Shown here: one piece after another, positions 14,635 to 15,217 of the stretch | How the letters are laid out: each line of letters begins with the position of its first letter | Position numbering within the stretch: position 1 is the stretch's first letter | DNA from: Candidatus Thermofontivivens primus | GTDB lineage: Bacteria > Sysuimicrobiota > Sysuimicrobiia > Sysuimicrobiales > Thermofontiviventaceae | Direction: 5' to 3' | Assembly: GCA_031458695.1 (NCBI GenBank) | Contig: JAVKJW010000009.1 | Coordinates: forward strand, 68,374-83,590 | DNA length: 15,217 bases | Translations under genes and position numbers: made by a program | The notes under the pieces: generated by a model | What the model saw: only the letters and a program-made list of their open reading frames with translations | Told to the model about the DNA's origin: nothing | The model's database searches: none

Positions 14635-15217
14635 ATGCGGATCATTGCCGATCTCCACCTGCATTCCAAGCACAGCAGAGCAACGAGTAAGGATATGGAC
14701 GTGGAGAACCTGGCGAGGTGGTGCAAGCTGAAGGGGATCAACCTCGTGGGGACAGGGGACTTCACCCATCCCATATGGCTGCGGGAATTGCGTTCTAAGC
14801 TCCAGCCAGCTGCACCCGGGCTGTATGCCTACGATGGTATCCATTTCATGCTCACCGTAGAGGTTTCGAACATCTACCCCCAGGACGGGCGACTCCGGAA
14901 GATCCACAACATCATCCTCGCACCCTCGTTTGAGCTCGTGGACCGTATCAATGCTGTGCTCGGGCGATTCGGAAGCCTTATGGCAGATGGGCGCCCCACT
15001 TTGACCCTCCCCTCGGATAAGATGGTGGAGTACCTCGTGGAGCTCTCCCCGGATATCCTGATTATCCCTGCGCATGCCTGGACTCCCTGGTTCTCGCTGT
15101 TCGGGAGCAACTCCGGGTTCGACTCTTTGGAGGAGTGCTTCCGGGACCAGACCAAACACATCTACGCTATCGAGACAGGGCTTTCCAGCGACCCTCCCAT
15201 GAACTGGCGGCTTTCTC
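14635..15217 (+). CDS. Endonuclease Q family / PHP-domain protein, truncated by the window end
   Basis: Hand translation: MRIIADLHLHSKHSRATSKDM...GTGDFTHP...KIHNII...DGRP...IPAHAWTPWFSLFGSNSGFDS...IETGLSSDPPMNWRLS. AAGGAGG SD; absent from the ORF track because there is no stop. Confidence 0.9.
   Translation, partial: MRIIADLHLHSKHSRATSKDMDVENLARWCKLKGINLVGTGDFTHPIWLRELRSKLQPAAPGLYAYDGIHFMLTVEVSNIYPQDGRLRKIHNIILAPSFELVDRINAVLGRFGSLMADGRPTLTLPSDKMVEYLVELSPDILIIPAHAWTPWFSLFGSNSGFDSLEECFRDQTKHIYAIETGLSSDPPMNWRLS

Noticed and set aside
1..15217. CRISPR array, tandem repeat array, riboswitch, rRNA or IS element
   Set aside because: No regularly spaced repeats, recognisable aptamer consensus or transposase found by eye; a covariance-model scan would be needed to exclude small RNAs.

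Overview
GC-rich bacterial chromosomal window with no mobile element or CRISPR array. In order it holds: an alpha/beta hydrolase, a tandem-GNAT acetyltransferase (-), a secreted protein of unknown function, tRNA-Ser(TGA) (-), a small Zn-ribbon protein (-), a zur-znuA-znuC-znuB zinc uptake operon, a cytoplasmic BNR/Asp-box beta-propeller paired with a MoaD/ThiS ubiquitin-like protein, a PdtaS/PdtaR-like GAF-GAF kinase plus REC-ANTAR regulator (-), a PIG-L deacetylase, a DUF192 lipoprotein (-), a geranylgeranyl-reductase-family flavoprotein, a signal-less HtrA-like protease (-), and the 5' part of an EndoQ/PHP-family gene that the ORF track misses. The best candidate for an uncharacterised system is the propeller + Ubl pair, whose Gly-Gly is capped by QGR. 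Other points of interest are a second Zur box written into the first codons of znuA, a structured leader with a possible coupled uORF ahead of the ANTAR two-component system, and promoters placed to give leaderless tRNA and htrA transcripts. All calls come from reading motifs by eye; no searches or folding were run.
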